Counted from the first letter of the stretch, positions 20,008 to 31,328 are shown. The stretch: 64,000 nucleotides of DNA from a bacterium (GCA_965205865.1 CBDBHR010000030.1:1024001-1088000), one strand, 5' to 3'. The notes: generated by a model not told the origin, from the letters alone. A program made the numbers and translations.

Positions 20008-20395
20008 AGTATTTCTATCCTACAGTTATAATGATGCCGGTTTTGCCGTTCAACTTCAGAAAGCCTTAGGAGAAAGGATGGTAAAGGGATTTTTAGACAA
20101 GAATGATCTCGCCATCGGATCAGAACTGAGCAATACGATACGTGAAGAGATTAAAAAAGCGAGTGCGGTTGTTGTACTTTTATCAGAGGCTTCGAGCAAT
20201 AATGCTCATGTTCTTTTTGAGGTTGGAGCAGCGGAAGGACTAGGGAAAAAGATCATTTCTATCATTCTGCCCGAGATGGAAATGCAGGCATTGCCTGAGG
20301 TATTGCATGATATCCAGGTACTGGATGCGCGAGAAAAATCGATTCAGGAGATTGTTCGAGAACTTGGAACTACTTTGTCGCACCCCATCAATTAA
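20000..20395 (+). CDS. Stand-alone TIR-domain protein
   Basis: KVFLSYS, FLDKNDLAIG, VVLLSEAS, VLFEVGAA (putative catalytic Glu). Confidence 0.88.
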   Translation: MHKVFLSYSYNDAGFAVQLQKALGERMVKGFLDKNDLAIGSELSNTIREEIKKASAVVVLLSEASSNNAHVLFEVGAAEGLGKKIISIILPEMEMQALPEVLHDIQVLDAREKSIQEIVRELGTTLSHPIN

Positions 20396-20514
20396 TCTGC
20401 TTAATTTTAAAACCACATCTCGATGCTCATTCTCACTCAAATATCCATGGATTCGATGATCAAAATCTGATTTCAGAATGATTGGATGCCATGGGTACAA
20501 AAATCATCTTACAA

Positions 20515-20886
20515 TAACCTGAGTTCGAGATAAGAATTTTGCAGTACCTTCGCGGGACTCGTCGCTCGGGGCAAGACGAGCATGGTGTGATTTTACGGGT
20601 TCAAACTGCATCTGGTGGCCAATGATTCCGGGGAGCTTTTAGCTTTTTTCCTCAACACGGGCATGAGAAAACGCTTCATTATTGAAACCATCAACGACCA
20701 ACTGAAAAATATTTCACAAATTGAGCATTCCAGACATCGTAGTGTCAAAAACTTTATGGCTGATTTACTCGCCGGCTTAATTGCTTATACTTGGCAACCG
20801 AAAACCTGCCAACCGACGCTCAATATAGGATTGAAAGAGGCGACGCAGCTTCAAATCATTTAGCTCGTTATCTCGAACTCGGGTTA
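20515..20886 (+). mobile_element. Internally deleted IS982-family element
   Basis: 19-bp terminal IRs taacctgagttcgagataa / ttatctcgaactcgggtta; transposase pieces [14 protein letters not shown] and [25 protein letters not shown]. Confidence 0.85.
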
Positions 20887-20959
20887 AAAACGTCAAAAAG
20901 TATTTTTCCATTCAGTCCCTGACGAGATCGTATGAATCCATCCAAAACACCTTGCAAAA

Positions 20960-21390
20960 TTCATGGAAAAACTATCCAAAGAGAGGCAAGCTAAGAATTG
21001 CGGGAATCGATTCTATGAATATTTTCTAAAATGATTTGGGGCAGTTGCTCGCCAAAGTACTCCGTACCATGTGTTTTACTGTTTCCAAACAGACCGGCAT
21101 AGACAATTGTTCCGTCTGTGAAAGAGGCGACGCAGCTTCAAAACTCGAACGGAAAACACATTCCGTCGAGGTTGTTTGTACCATTCAAATGCGACCATGC
21201 CATCAGGTTCCACGGCAACTTCCGGTGCCGGAATTGTGCAACTTCCGGTGCCGGGTAACATATCAAGAAATCTCAGCGATTCTTCACAAGATTTCCTATC
21301 TATTCTTTTAGCGCCATAACCATCCCAATCGTCCTCACTGCATTCCGCGATGGCGTTCCACAAAGCCCTGAGTGTTTCCCTGTTCATCAC
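20960..21390 (-). pseudogene. WDGYGA-motif hypothetical protein (copy 3), frameshifted
   Basis: Paralogous to 12450-12845 with short insertions and a duplication. Confidence 0.7.
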
Positions 21391-21392
21391 TT

Positions 21393-21530
21393 CTATCCCC
21401 CCAACATGGCTGCGATGTCTGGTGGCAGTTTGACCCCGTTTTTCTGCTCGAAGTCTGCCACGCTTTTGTAGTCGTTATGAAATGCGGCGACGATATCCAC
21501 CCCCTTGCCTTTACAGTAGTTAGATCTGAA
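21393..21530 (-). pseudogene. Orphan conserved C-terminal cap of the TPR proteins
   Basis: GVDIVAAFHNDYKSVADFEQKNGVKLPPDIAAMLGG*. Confidence 0.7.
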
Positions 21531-21558
21531 TGGTTTGTGACGGACCACTTGAGAAATA

Positions 21559-23058
21559 TTACAAAGTTTCAAAGAAATGCTGAATGTATTGTATGATAAC
21601 AGGATTGCGTAACCAAGGATTTTGTAACTCAAAAATTCTCCGGTTCGTCCAACTTTCCCACGATGTTTCCATTTGTCCGCGTGTGACATTTAAGCTGGTC
21701 CATAGTTCTTCGATCTCTGTCTGATCTCGAAGCATTGAGATTGCACGCATGCTTATGTCTTCTCCTTCGTAAATAAAAACTAATGGGACATTAGGAAACC
21801 AATGGGCGTTTGTACTCAACATTTCTTGCTTACCAGAAGCAATTATCGCCGCTAATTCGTGAATGTGAAGCGCTACATAATATGCAACCAGTGAAGATCG
21901 GTATTCCAAGTCATCCGTAAATATTTCAGATAACCATTCCCATCTTTCATAAGCGGAAATTATATATTTCCAACTTTCACCAGAATTTTCACCGAGTGAT
22001 TTACATACGCCCATCAGTCTATACTCTTCCCATATATCACAGAATACAGCATCGTTATAGGGTGAAGGAACTTTCACTTTCGCAAGTGCCAGGGCCAGGT
22101 TTATTTGCTTCGTACTGAGACTCAAAGCACCGTGCAGACTATGGTACACGTATCCAAGAGCGTTGGGAATATCAATCCAGACAATGTAACCACTGCGATT
22201 CCATTCAGCAATGTTGAGCAGGTCATCAAGCAAAGACTTTTGATCTTTGAATTGGTCTCTGCCGGATTCGACCCCCGCTAGTGCCACGGCAATCAGGGGC
22301 GAGACAATATCAACCGCTTTATCCACTACCTGAACCAAATCTTTTTTTTCTGGGAGTTGTTCCTCTAATTCATTTTGCCGCCATTGTACAAAAGATTTGA
22401 AGATACCTGGCCGAATGCGTTTGAGGAGTTGTCGCCACCCAAGTACATCTGCGGCACGGGCTAAATCAATTGCTGTTGAGTATGCTTGCGTCACGGATTC
22501 GACCCGATCCGGGATTTCAGGGGGTTGAGTTTCTGATCTCGTAAAAGGCGGTGCTTCTTCCCCGGAAGGAAGTCTGGCAAATGGACTTTTGCCCAGATTC
22601 GGTTTCTGTACCATTGGCACTTGGTGGAGTTCATGGAGCAATACTTTGAATTTTTCATCGAATTGACTCTCATCTGTAAAGTCGATATAAATTCGTGTTC
22701 CGAAAAATACTGGCACTTTTTCTTTTCCTGAAGCCTGACGAACTATAGGAATAAACTTGTTGGTTCCCAAGTCCTGAACAAGCTGCGCCGTCACAATGAG
22801 CCTTTCATATCCGACTCCACCTTCGCCGGCGCTCGCCTTTCTCACGTAACTGTCCGTACAGATGACCAAAACCCTGCCGGAATCCTTGACGCCAGCGTCG
22901 ATGAATCGAGTCATATCATCTCCCGGGTGGAGGTCCCACTGGTCAAGTATAACGTCAATGCCGTTGTTACGCAGTTTTGCGCCAAGTTCTGATACCCATT
23001 GTTTATGCGTTGGTGAGTCGTGAGAATATGAAATAAACACTTTGGGATATTCTGTCAC
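21559..23058 (-). CDS. SEFIR/TIR-domain protein with unrecognised helical C-terminal domain
   Basis: PKVFISYSHDS, GIDVILDQWDL, GGVGYE; first ~160 aa highly similar to 31419-32708. Confidence 0.88.
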   Translation of the reverse strand: MTEYPKVFISYSHDSPTHKQWVSELGAKLRNNGIDVILDQWDLHPGDDMTRFIDAGVKDSGRVLVICTDSYVRKASAGEGGVGYERLIVTAQLVQDLGTNKFIPIVRQASGKEKVPVFFGTRIYIDFTDESQFDEKFKVLLHELHQVPMVQKPNLGKSPFARLPSGEEAPPFTRSETQPPEIPDRVESVTQAYSTAIDLARAADVLGWRQLLKRIRPGIFKSFVQWRQNELEEQLPEKKDLVQVVDKAVDIVSPLIAVALAGVESGRDQFKDQKSLLDDLLNIAEWNRSGYIVWIDIPNALGYVYHSLHGALSLSTKQINLALALAKVKVPSPYNDAVFCDIWEEYRLMGVCKSLGENSGESWKYIISAYERWEWLSEIFTDDLEYRSSLVAYYVALHIHELAAIIASGKQEMLSTNAHWFPNVPLVFIYEGEDISMRAISMLRDQTEIEELWTSLNVTRGQMETSWESWTNRRIFELQNPWLRNPVIIQYIQHFFETL

Positions 23059-23315
23059 TTTTTATCTCCGGTTTCGAAAGGAACGAGTCATAACACCAGT
23101 CTCTTCATGGTATGTTGCAGATAGATATTTCTCTCTTGGATTTTAACCGATCGAGGGTAGATCCTCAAGGGAATGTCCCAATCGATATAAAGAGAACAAC
23201 AGTCGGCTATCTATGAGATTGACACTCTGAATGTTGATTGCTATATTTTGGATTGTTACTCACTATAGTGGTCGGGCGATAATTTTTGGAACAGTTTGAC
23301 ATCAGGAGACCTAAA

Positions 23316-23573
23316 ATGGCTGAAAAGGAAAAAAACAAAGAGAGTCGTTCTTTTAAGCTCAAAGTGAATGGCATTGAAATCGACGTTTCGTGTCAGAAAC
23401 TCATTGCGAAAGACATTTTGAAACTCGCAGAAGAAAAAGGAGCTATCCCCGGTAAAGCGGAAGATTATATCTTGCAGGGAGACAAAGGACAGTATAAAGA
23501 CGATGACTTGGTCGATCTGGAGGAAGACAACCTATTCATTACGATTCCCGACAAACCCACCCCGATAGCGTAG
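23316..23573 (+). CDS. Ubiquitin-like (multi-ubiquitin-type beta-grasp) protein
   Basis: FKLKVNG...L.AKDILKLA...DYIL...DDLVDL...FIT pattern; RBS aggag at 23304; first gene of an E2/E1 operon. Confidence 0.75.
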   Translation: MAEKEKNKESRSFKLKVNGIEIDVSCQKLIAKDILKLAEEKGAIPGKAEDYILQGDKGQYKDDDLVDLEEDNLFITIPDKPTPIA

Positions 23574-23585
23574 CCTTTTCTTAAG

Positions 23586-23960
23586 ATGTCCAACAGTATC
23601 GAACAGGTAATAGCCGAATTGGAAGCCTTGGGGCATGAGACCTCGCTGTTTGATAGCCCACAAGGAAAAGCGGTTTCCTTCGACTACACCGTCGAGACAG
23701 GTCCCTACAAAGGTAAACAAGTCAGGCTGGGCATCAGCTTCCAGGGAAGCGAACGTTATCCCGAATATCCCCCCCACTGGATTCATGTATCTCCGCCAAT
23801 TGACGATGGCAGAGGCGGCGTGGTCGAAAAATACGACGTAAACGGGCGCGAATGGCTCGCAATGAGCAGACCTCCTGGGGAAATATGGGACCGGCTACCG
23901 ACAAAGCACATGGCTGCTTACCTGAACGAACATTTACGACGAATCTGGAAAAACGTATGA
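23586..23960 (+). CDS. Prokaryotic E2-like protein without cysteine
   Basis: Y.VETGPYKG..VRLG...YPEYPPHWIHV...WLAMSR...W; stop overlaps the next ATG (ATGA). Confidence 0.7.
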   Translation: MSNSIEQVIAELEALGHETSLFDSPQGKAVSFDYTVETGPYKGKQVRLGISFQGSERYPEYPPHWIHVSPPIDDGRGGVVEKYDVNGREWLAMSRPPGEIWDRLPTKHMAAYLNEHLRRIWKNV

Positions 23961-25390
23961 GGTTCGAGACGGTTCTCACCGCCGAGGCGGATTCAACCTC
24001 CAGCGAGCACTTGTTGCAGCATTACCGGGGCAACAAAATTCAGGAAGATCTTTGCTTCGCCCTATGGCGTCCTTCTACAGGACGGTTGCGCCGCACCGCG
24101 TTGATTGACGAAATCATACTTCCCCAAGAAAGTGAGCGTATCCTGCATGGTAATGCCAGCTTCGAACCACACTACCTCGCGCGGGCGATGAAAATAGCGC
24201 GTAAAAAAAAAGTGGGTCTGGCTTTTATGCATAGCCACCCGAATCCTGGATGGCAGGGGATGAGTTGTGCTGATATCGAAGCAGAGCGGGATGTTCTGGC
24301 GTACCCGGCGGGGGCGACGGGCTTACCGTTGGTGGGATTGACAATCGGTACCGATGGTTATTGGAGCGCGCGCTTCTGGGAGAGAGACGCCAGCAAGTCG
24401 GGTGAGCAGGTTGGACAAATGCGCCGTCATTGGTGCGAGAAAGTTCGCGTCGTCGGACCCCAGTTCTACAAGAATTACTTCAATGACAATATCGCGCCTT
24501 CCCCGCTGCGGAGAAATATTCTCAGGCGTACTTTCGACACATGGGGACGCGAATCGCAAAACACGATTGCACGTTTGAAAGTTGGTATTGTCGGACTTGG
24601 CAGCGTCGGTTGCATCGTCGCGGAAGCCATCGCTCGAATCGGAATCGCGCATATTACGCTGATCGATCCTGATAAAGTCGAAGAGCACAACCTCGACCGT
24701 CTGCTTTACGGAACTATAAAGGATATCGGTAAATTAAAGGTTGATTTAGCGGCGCAAGCGATGCGGCGAAATACTACCGCAGAAAGCATCCAAATAACTA
24801 CTTTGCCGGTTTCAGTTCACAACGAATCGGCTTATAAAGCCGCCCTGGATTGCGACGTACTTTTCAGTTGCGTCGACCGGCCGGTTGCCCGAGACGTTTT
24901 GAATTATATCGCGATTGCTCATTTGATTCCGGTCATTGATGGCGGAATTGCCGTAGAAACCGACAGACGACAAGACCGCTTGTTTTCGGCGCATTGGCGT
25001 GCGCACGTCGTCACGCCGTATCATCAATGCCTGCGTTGCAACGGGCAATACAATTCCAGCATGGTGGTAATGGAATTGGACGGGTCGCTCGACGATCCGT
25101 CTTATATCAGCAATTTGCCTCCTGAAGAGCGGGGCGGTAACCAGAATGTTTTTCCATTCAGCTTGGGCGTTGCCGGGATGGAAGTGAATTTGATGCTACG
25201 CTACCTGCTCGCCTGCGAGTGGTGGCCATTGGTGGGACAACAGGACTACCAATTCGTGGCCGCTGGAACACGCATCATCAATGGTGAATGTCACCCCAAC
25301 TGCTCAATCCATCAACGTCGTGCGCAAGGGGATGCGGAAAACCCACACTACTTAATCGCAGAACGCACGGAATCGCCAAAATCCGGATAG
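23957..25390 (+). CDS. JAB-domain plus ThiF/E1 adenylyltransferase fusion
   Basis: N-terminal E...HSHP-x7-SCAD; C-terminal VGLGSVG, DPDKVEEHNLDR, KVD, SCVD, CLRC and CHPNC; coupled start at 23957. Confidence 0.88.
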   Translation: MRFETVLTAEADSTSSEHLLQHYRGNKIQEDLCFALWRPSTGRLRRTALIDEIILPQESERILHGNASFEPHYLARAMKIARKKKVGLAFMHSHPNPGWQGMSCADIEAERDVLAYPAGATGLPLVGLTIGTDGYWSARFWERDASKSGEQVGQMRRHWCEKVRVVGPQFYKNYFNDNIAPSPLRRNILRRTFDTWGRESQNTIARLKVGIVGLGSVGCIVAEAIARIGIAHITLIDPDKVEEHNLDRLLYGTIKDIGKLKVDLAAQAMRRNTTAESIQITTLPVSVHNESAYKAALDCDVLFSCVDRPVARDVLNYIAIAHLIPVIDGGIAVETDRRQDRLFSAHWRAHVVTPYHQCLRCNGQYNSSMVVMELDGSLDDPSYISNLPPEERGGNQNVFPFSLGVAGMEVNLMLRYLLACEWWPLVGQQDYQFVAAGTRIINGECHPNCSIHQRRAQGDAENPHYLIAERTESPKSG

Positions 25391-25412
25391 CGTACAATTT
25401 GGCGACACTTCG

Positions 25413-26868
25413 TCAAGATTTTCTATAAGGTATCGAGGACATCTTGATTTCTGGACCAAGCAATCCTGCCTTTTGAAGCAAGATTTTGAGGCAATTGCGA
25501 ACATTATTGGGATCAGGCACACGTGGACCTAGTGTGATCAAGCTATCTGAGTCTAATATCTCTTTAACTCGGAGAGCCTCGTCCTCGTAGTAGTGTCTTA
25601 TGCGAGTAGGTATATTGCTTTGGCCCTTGTAGTCAATAAAGATCCTGTCTTTATCAGTATCTGATTCTGGAATAACAAAACGGCATTCGTTTTCATACTG
25701 GTACGCTTTATCCTTAAACAAATATCGGATCTTTTCCAAGTATCCTACAATTCTCCCTACCAATTTTTCTTGAACATCTATAATTGGTTGTCCGCTAATG
25801 CTTACCAACGGATTCAAAGTTTCATATAAAGTATCCAAGACAGACTTCGATGGCTAAAAAAGTAGTGTCTTATGCGAGTAGGTATATTGCTTTGGCCCTT
25901 GTAGTCAATAAAGATCCTGTCTTTATCAGTATCTGATTCTGGAATAACAAAACGGCATTCGTTTTCATACTGGTACGCTTTATAGCCTTAAACAAATATC
26001 GGATCTTTTCCAAGTATCCTACAATTCTCCCTACCAATTTTTCTTGAACATCTATAATTGGTTGTCCGCTAATGCTTACCAACGGATTCAAAGTTTCATA
26101 TAAAGTATCCAAGACAGACTTAAGAAGCTGATCAGTACGCTTCACCTCATCAGTGCCATATAGGACTCTCAGCAATCGATTACCCGGGACGCTTAGCTTT
26201 AAAGAGCAACCTTCGCCATCTTTTCCGTAGGCACACCAATACACGAGGTCGTCGCTCACATCCCTTTCAATATCGGGACATGGAGCAATGAATGAGGTGA
26301 TATAAGCATGAGGCGCGTTTCTTGCTTTCAACAATTCATGTTCTTTCACGAGGTTCAGATTCCGGTTAAAATATATACCTTCATCCGGGTCGTTGAAATG
26401 GACGGAATCATACAATCTTAAAGAAGCGCTTCGTCCTTCCACAGAATCTACCAAGTTCATTAAGAGAGAGTTCAACTCGTCATAGAATCCCAATTTAGCA
26501 GTCCGTCTTTCCATCAAAGCGTTTCTATGTACTGGTTCATCATAGTACTCTTCGAATAATTTTCGCAACGATTCGATCCGTCTTTCCACTGAAGCATTCT
26601 GAAGCATGGATATGAGTGTATCGAGACTCGTATAGTGAATGACAGAAACCTTTTTCCTGCTTTCATGTTCCTCGAACCTGTGACGATTTTCGATTTTGTA
26701 GAGCAAGTTTTTCAACACCTCATCCAGCGCTGGAAAAACAATTTCGGTTACATACAACATACCTTGTTCAGGATTTCTTTCTAAGTATTCAGGATTTTTC
26801 TTAAAGTGTTGCAGACCTGCTGTTACTTGCGCTTTTAACTTTTCCATTTTCTCATCTGTATTGCTCAC
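25413..26868 (-). pseudogene. DUF2971-family gene split by a ~260-bp tandem duplication and a frameshift
   Basis: HYTS, FNDPDEG, ITSF, DDLVYWCAYG, FKDKAYQYENECR; 25589-25847 repeated at 25861-26120. Confidence 0.8.
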
Positions 26869-27019
26869 TCAGTTACTCCTTATGGCTGGGCGAAGTTGCT
26901 GTCTTGGTATAAAACCAATTCGCCAGTGTAAACATAATTATGTGTCAATGCTGTCCTTTAAGTATACGAAACTACAAGGGATCTTAACGGATATAATCTT
27001 CCAGGTGATTCGTAGAAAT

Positions 27020-29705
27020 TCATACCTGCTGTCTCGTCAACATGGCCGCAAGGTCTGGCGGCAGTGTGATCCCATTTTTCTGTTCGAAGTCTTTCACGCT
27101 TTCGTAGTCGTTTTGAAATGAAGCGATGATGTCCACCCCCCTTTCTCTGGCAGCAGTCAGATCGGATCTGGCTTTTTCCCATTCTTGCAGATGTAACCAG
27201 GCCTCGCCACGATTGTGATAAGCCTTGCCATCATCCGGTTTCAGTTCTATGGCATTGTCAAAGTCCAAGATGGCATGCTCATAATCACCTTTTCGGTAGT
27301 AAGTAACTCCGCGATTGTAATAAGCTTCAGTATCATCTGGATTTAGTTCTATGGCCTTGTCACAGTCTGCGATGGCACGGTCAAACTCTCCTTTATGGCC
27401 GTAAGCAGTGCCACGATATTTATAAGCTTCAGCATCACCCGGATTTAGTTCTATGGCCTTGTCACAGTCTGCGATGGCACGGTCATGCTTTCCTTTACAA
27501 ATATAAGCAGTGCCACGATATTTATAAGCTTCAGCATAGTCTGGTTTCAGTTCTATGGCCTTGTCAAAGTCCAAAATGGCACAGTAATGCTCGCCTTTAT
27601 GGCCGTAAGCAAGGCCACGCTAATATCCTTAACTCTCTGTTGTAATAAGCTATAGCATCATCGGGGTTCAGTTCTGTGACCTTGTTATAGTCTGCAATGG
27701 CACGGGCAGATTCACCTGTTTTGCTGTAAGCATTTCCACGATTCTTATAAGCATTGTCAAAGTTTGGATTTAGTGCTATGGCCTTGTCAAAATCCACAAT
27801 GGCACAGTCATGCTCGCCATTACGATTGTAAGTGATACCGCGGCTGTAATAAGCTTCAGAATCATCTGGTTTCAGTTCTATGGCTTTGTTAAAGTTTGCG
27901 ATTGCATGGGTATACTCTCCTTTATAGTCGTAAGCATATCCACGATTCTTATAAGCTTCAGAATCATCTGGTTTCAGTGTTATGGCCTTGTCAAAGTCAA
28001 CAATGGCACAGCCATGCTCTCTTTTATGGCCGAAAGCAAGGCCACGGTTGTAGTAAGCCTTGGCAAAGTTTGGTCTCCGCGCAACTGCCTTATAATAATC
28101 CTGAATTGCATTGTCATACTCGCCTATATTGCTATAAGCATTGCCACGATTGTTATAAGCCTCGGCAAAGTCTGGTTTTAGTTCTATGGCCTTGTTAAAG
28201 TCTGCAATAGCAGGGGCAGACTTCCCTGTCTTGTTGTAAGCACTGCCTCGGTTGTTATAAGCTTCGGCATAGTCTGGTTTCAGTTCTATCGTCTTGTTAA
28301 AGTCTAGAATTGCACGGTCATGCTCGCCTTTACGGTCGTAAACAAGACCACGATTGAAATAAGCCACGGTATATTCTGGGTTCAGTGCTATGGCCTTGTT
28401 ATAGTCTACGATGGCACGGTCGTGCTCGCCTTTACGGCCGTAAGCAAGACCACGGCTGTAGTAGCCGGCTGCATCATTCGGGTTTAGTGCTATAGCCTTG
28501 TTATAGTCTGCGATTGCACGGTCATACTCGCCTTTATCGAAGTAAGTAGCACCACGATTTATATAGGCTTCGGCAAAATTCGGGTTCAATTCTATGGTCT
28601 TGCTATAGTCTGCGATAGCACGGGCAGACTCGTCTGTATTCTTGTAAGCAAGACCACGGTTGTAGTAGCCGGCCGCATCATTTGGGTTTAGTGCTATAGC
28701 CTTGTTATAGTCTGCGATAGCACGGTCATACTCCCATTTATCAAAGTAAGCATTGCCACGGCTATAGTAACAGGCTGCATCATTTGAGTCCAGTTCTATA
28801 GCTTTGTTCAAGTCCTTGATGGCACGGGCAGACTCACCAGTATTGTTGTAAGCAACACCACGATTCATATAAGGTAAGGCAAAGTCTGGTCGCATTGCTA
28901 TGGCCTTGGTACAGTCTTGAATGCTATGGTCATACTCGCCTGTTTTGCCATAAACACCACCACGATTCGTATAAGCCTCGACAAAATCTGGTTTCAGAGT
29001 TATGGCCTCAGTGTAATGACATATAGCTTTGTCGTGATCTCCTTTGTCTTGGCAGGTCAACCCTTTATAAAACTCCATATTGGCACTCCGGTGTATGTCG
29101 CGATGTTTGATGAATCCCTGAAGGTCGTTGTAGATGGTTGCGGTAGACAAACCATGGTACTTTTGCAGGTGCTCCAAGATAGGTTGTTTGAGGTCTTTCG
29201 GGATAGAGATTACATCGTCTGGTTCAAGAAAACCCTGCGGTGGTCGCACGAAGAGGCTCTTTTGGGCGATTACGCGATTTCTGGGATTCAGAGGATGATT
29301 GATGTGTTTTTCTACCGGTTCCCTTTTTTGCAAGATAATCCTTCCGTCTCTGTCCTGGGAGCCGTCGCAGGCGAAGAAAAGGGCTATGAGGTAGTCGGTC
29401 GTAAAGTCGATCAGGTTGGTTTTTCCGCCAAAGTGTTGCAGTTCGGTCAGGATTTCAAATTCGTCGTTTTCGTGAGTATACTTTTTAGCCTCTTTCAGAA
29501 TTTCCCTTTGGACAGCCTCTATATCAAAATGCTCTGACTCAACGCCATATTCACGGTAGAGGCTCGAGGAGACTTTCTCGTAGCATTCTGGTTCGCCGCG
29601 GTAAATGCAGTCACCGTCGGCTGATTTTTCCGCAATCTCGTGGATTATTTCCAAAACCTCGCTGAGTGAGTCGCTTTGAGTATTGGATGTGTCTGGTGCG
29701 TTCAT
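27020..29705 (-). CDS. FRG domain + long TPR array + C-terminal cap, interrupted by a 19-bp insertion at 27620-27638
   Basis: YRGE, LQHFGGKTNLIDFT...ALFFAC, RVIAQKSLFV; many 34-aa TPRs; removing ctaatatccttaactctct joins both ORFs into 888 aa. Confidence 0.88.
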
Positions 29706-29783
29706 GATTTGTCCTCCATCTTGGTAAGTCCTTGACTGTCTGAGTTGTGGGTTGTCACAGACAAATTATACAGAAATCAAACA

Positions 29784-31328
29784 TCATTGAACATCATTCC
29801 TTGTCGGTTCTTTTGACATAGCTTTTTTGTATTCGACAATCCATTTTTCGGCTTCCTCCCTGGTATATGCCCCGGTATTATCGTGGTTATTTTCTGGTAG
29901 ATTATTGCTTATCGGCTTGCCAATATGTGGTTCCAACTTCTTTCGCAATTCCCTCGCTTTTTCATCGGACAATTCTTCGACGATGGAGTCGAGTTCTTTA
30001 TTCGTTAATCCACCCGCGAAAATTACTGTGGATAGGTCACTCTGCTGGTCGATTGATTGTCTCATAATTTTTTCAAACTCAACGTATTGATACAATTGAC
30101 ATCTAACCCCTTGCAATTGGGTCCCAATTAGATTAGCTTCTTGTAACTGTGCCACGCTAAGAATAGCCCCTTGTAACTTTGCCAGAGTGAGATCAACCCC
30201 TTGTAATTGTGTCCCCATCATTTCTGCCCCGTACAATATTGCACCGTAAAGGGAAGCCCCGTGCAACTTTGCACTGTTAAGTGTAGCCCCATGCAATTGT
30301 GCCTTGTAAAGAATAGCCCCTTGCAGGTGAGTGTTAGTCAAATTAACCTCATGAAGGTGCGCACCGAACAAAATAACCTCTTGTAACTGCGCTTCTATAA
30401 GAACAGTCTTTTGTAAGCTCGCTCGGGTCAGATTGGCCTTTCTCAATCGAGCTCCTCTGAGATTGGCTCCGTTGAGCCAGCTTTCCTGCAAGTTGATAGG
30501 AAGACCTTCGAAAACGTCATGATCCTGCACGAAAAGGAGGGTCAACAGGCTTTGCATTTCTTGGGAGGGTTTCGACTGGTGGGTATTGCGATACTTGTCA
30601 TCGCCCGTCGTGCGGCGAATATGGGCGCATAAAATGTCCAAGACGGTTTGACGCAAATCCGGGGTGTCCTGTGCCAGATGAAAGCGCTCGTCGGCGCCGT
30701 CCGAACTGCGCATCCTTTGGAGAGCTTCCTTCTTAGTGTCTTGCGCCAGATGAAAGAGTTCATAGGCACCCCCCAGGCGCACGGAATCCGAGTCGTTTCC
30801 CAGGTGCTCGATGGCATTTTTAAGGCGTTCCTGTCGCAGCCCCTTTTCGGTGTTCTGAACTGTGCCTTCCATCGCATTGGCTCGTCTGTAGGACATCAAG
30901 GCTTGCAGAGCGACCAACACGCCACCCATACCGATTCCGAGAAATGTGAGGATTTCGTTTTTTTGCTTTCGCTCGGTTAAGCCTAAAAGCGTACCAATAT
31001 ACTCTTCAACAGTCTTGGAAAACATGACGGACACGAAACCCACCAGCAGCAAAACAAGGAGACCGATAATACTGACCATCAAGGTTGAAGAAGAAAAAAA
31101 GCGCCGAAAGATCAAAGAGAGATTCCTCGAAAATTTCCGGACAGTGTGACGAAACCAATGGTAACTACGACGAATCCGAGATTGGGTTTCAAAGACACCG
31201 ATAAGAAAAATTTTAGAAAATTTCATCACATATTTCCGGATAGTGTGATGAAATCGATGGTAAACACGGTGCATCCAAGATCGGATTTTAAGGTATGAAG
31301 GTATCTTGCTTTTGGAATTCTCTGTCAT
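29784..31328 (-). CDS. 2TM pentapeptide-repeat protein (copy A)
   Basis: Two hydrophobic helices, ERLKNAIEHLG...RLGGAYEL, A(N/Q)LxG pentapeptide repeats. Confidence 0.87.
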   Translation of the reverse strand: MTENSKSKIPSYLKIRSWMHRVYHRFHHTIRKYVMKFSKIFLIGVFETQSRIRRSYHWFRHTVRKFSRNLSLIFRRFFSSSTLMVSIIGLLVLLLVGFVSVMFSKTVEEYIGTLLGLTERKQKNEILTFLGIGMGGVLVALQALMSYRRANAMEGTVQNTEKGLRQERLKNAIEHLGNDSDSVRLGGAYELFHLAQDTKKEALQRMRSSDGADERFHLAQDTPDLRQTVLDILCAHIRRTTGDDKYRNTHQSKPSQEMQSLLTLLFVQDHDVFEGLPINLQESWLNGANLRGARLRKANLTRASLQKTVLIEAQLQEVILFGAHLHEVNLTNTHLQGAILYKAQLHGATLNSAKLHGASLYGAILYGAEMMGTQLQGVDLTLAKLQGAILSVAQLQEANLIGTQLQGVRCQLYQYVEFEKIMRQSIDQQSDLSTVIFAGGLTNKELDSIVEELSDEKARELRKKLEPHIGKPISNNLPENNHDNTGAYTREEAEKWIVEYKKAMSKEPTRNDVQ

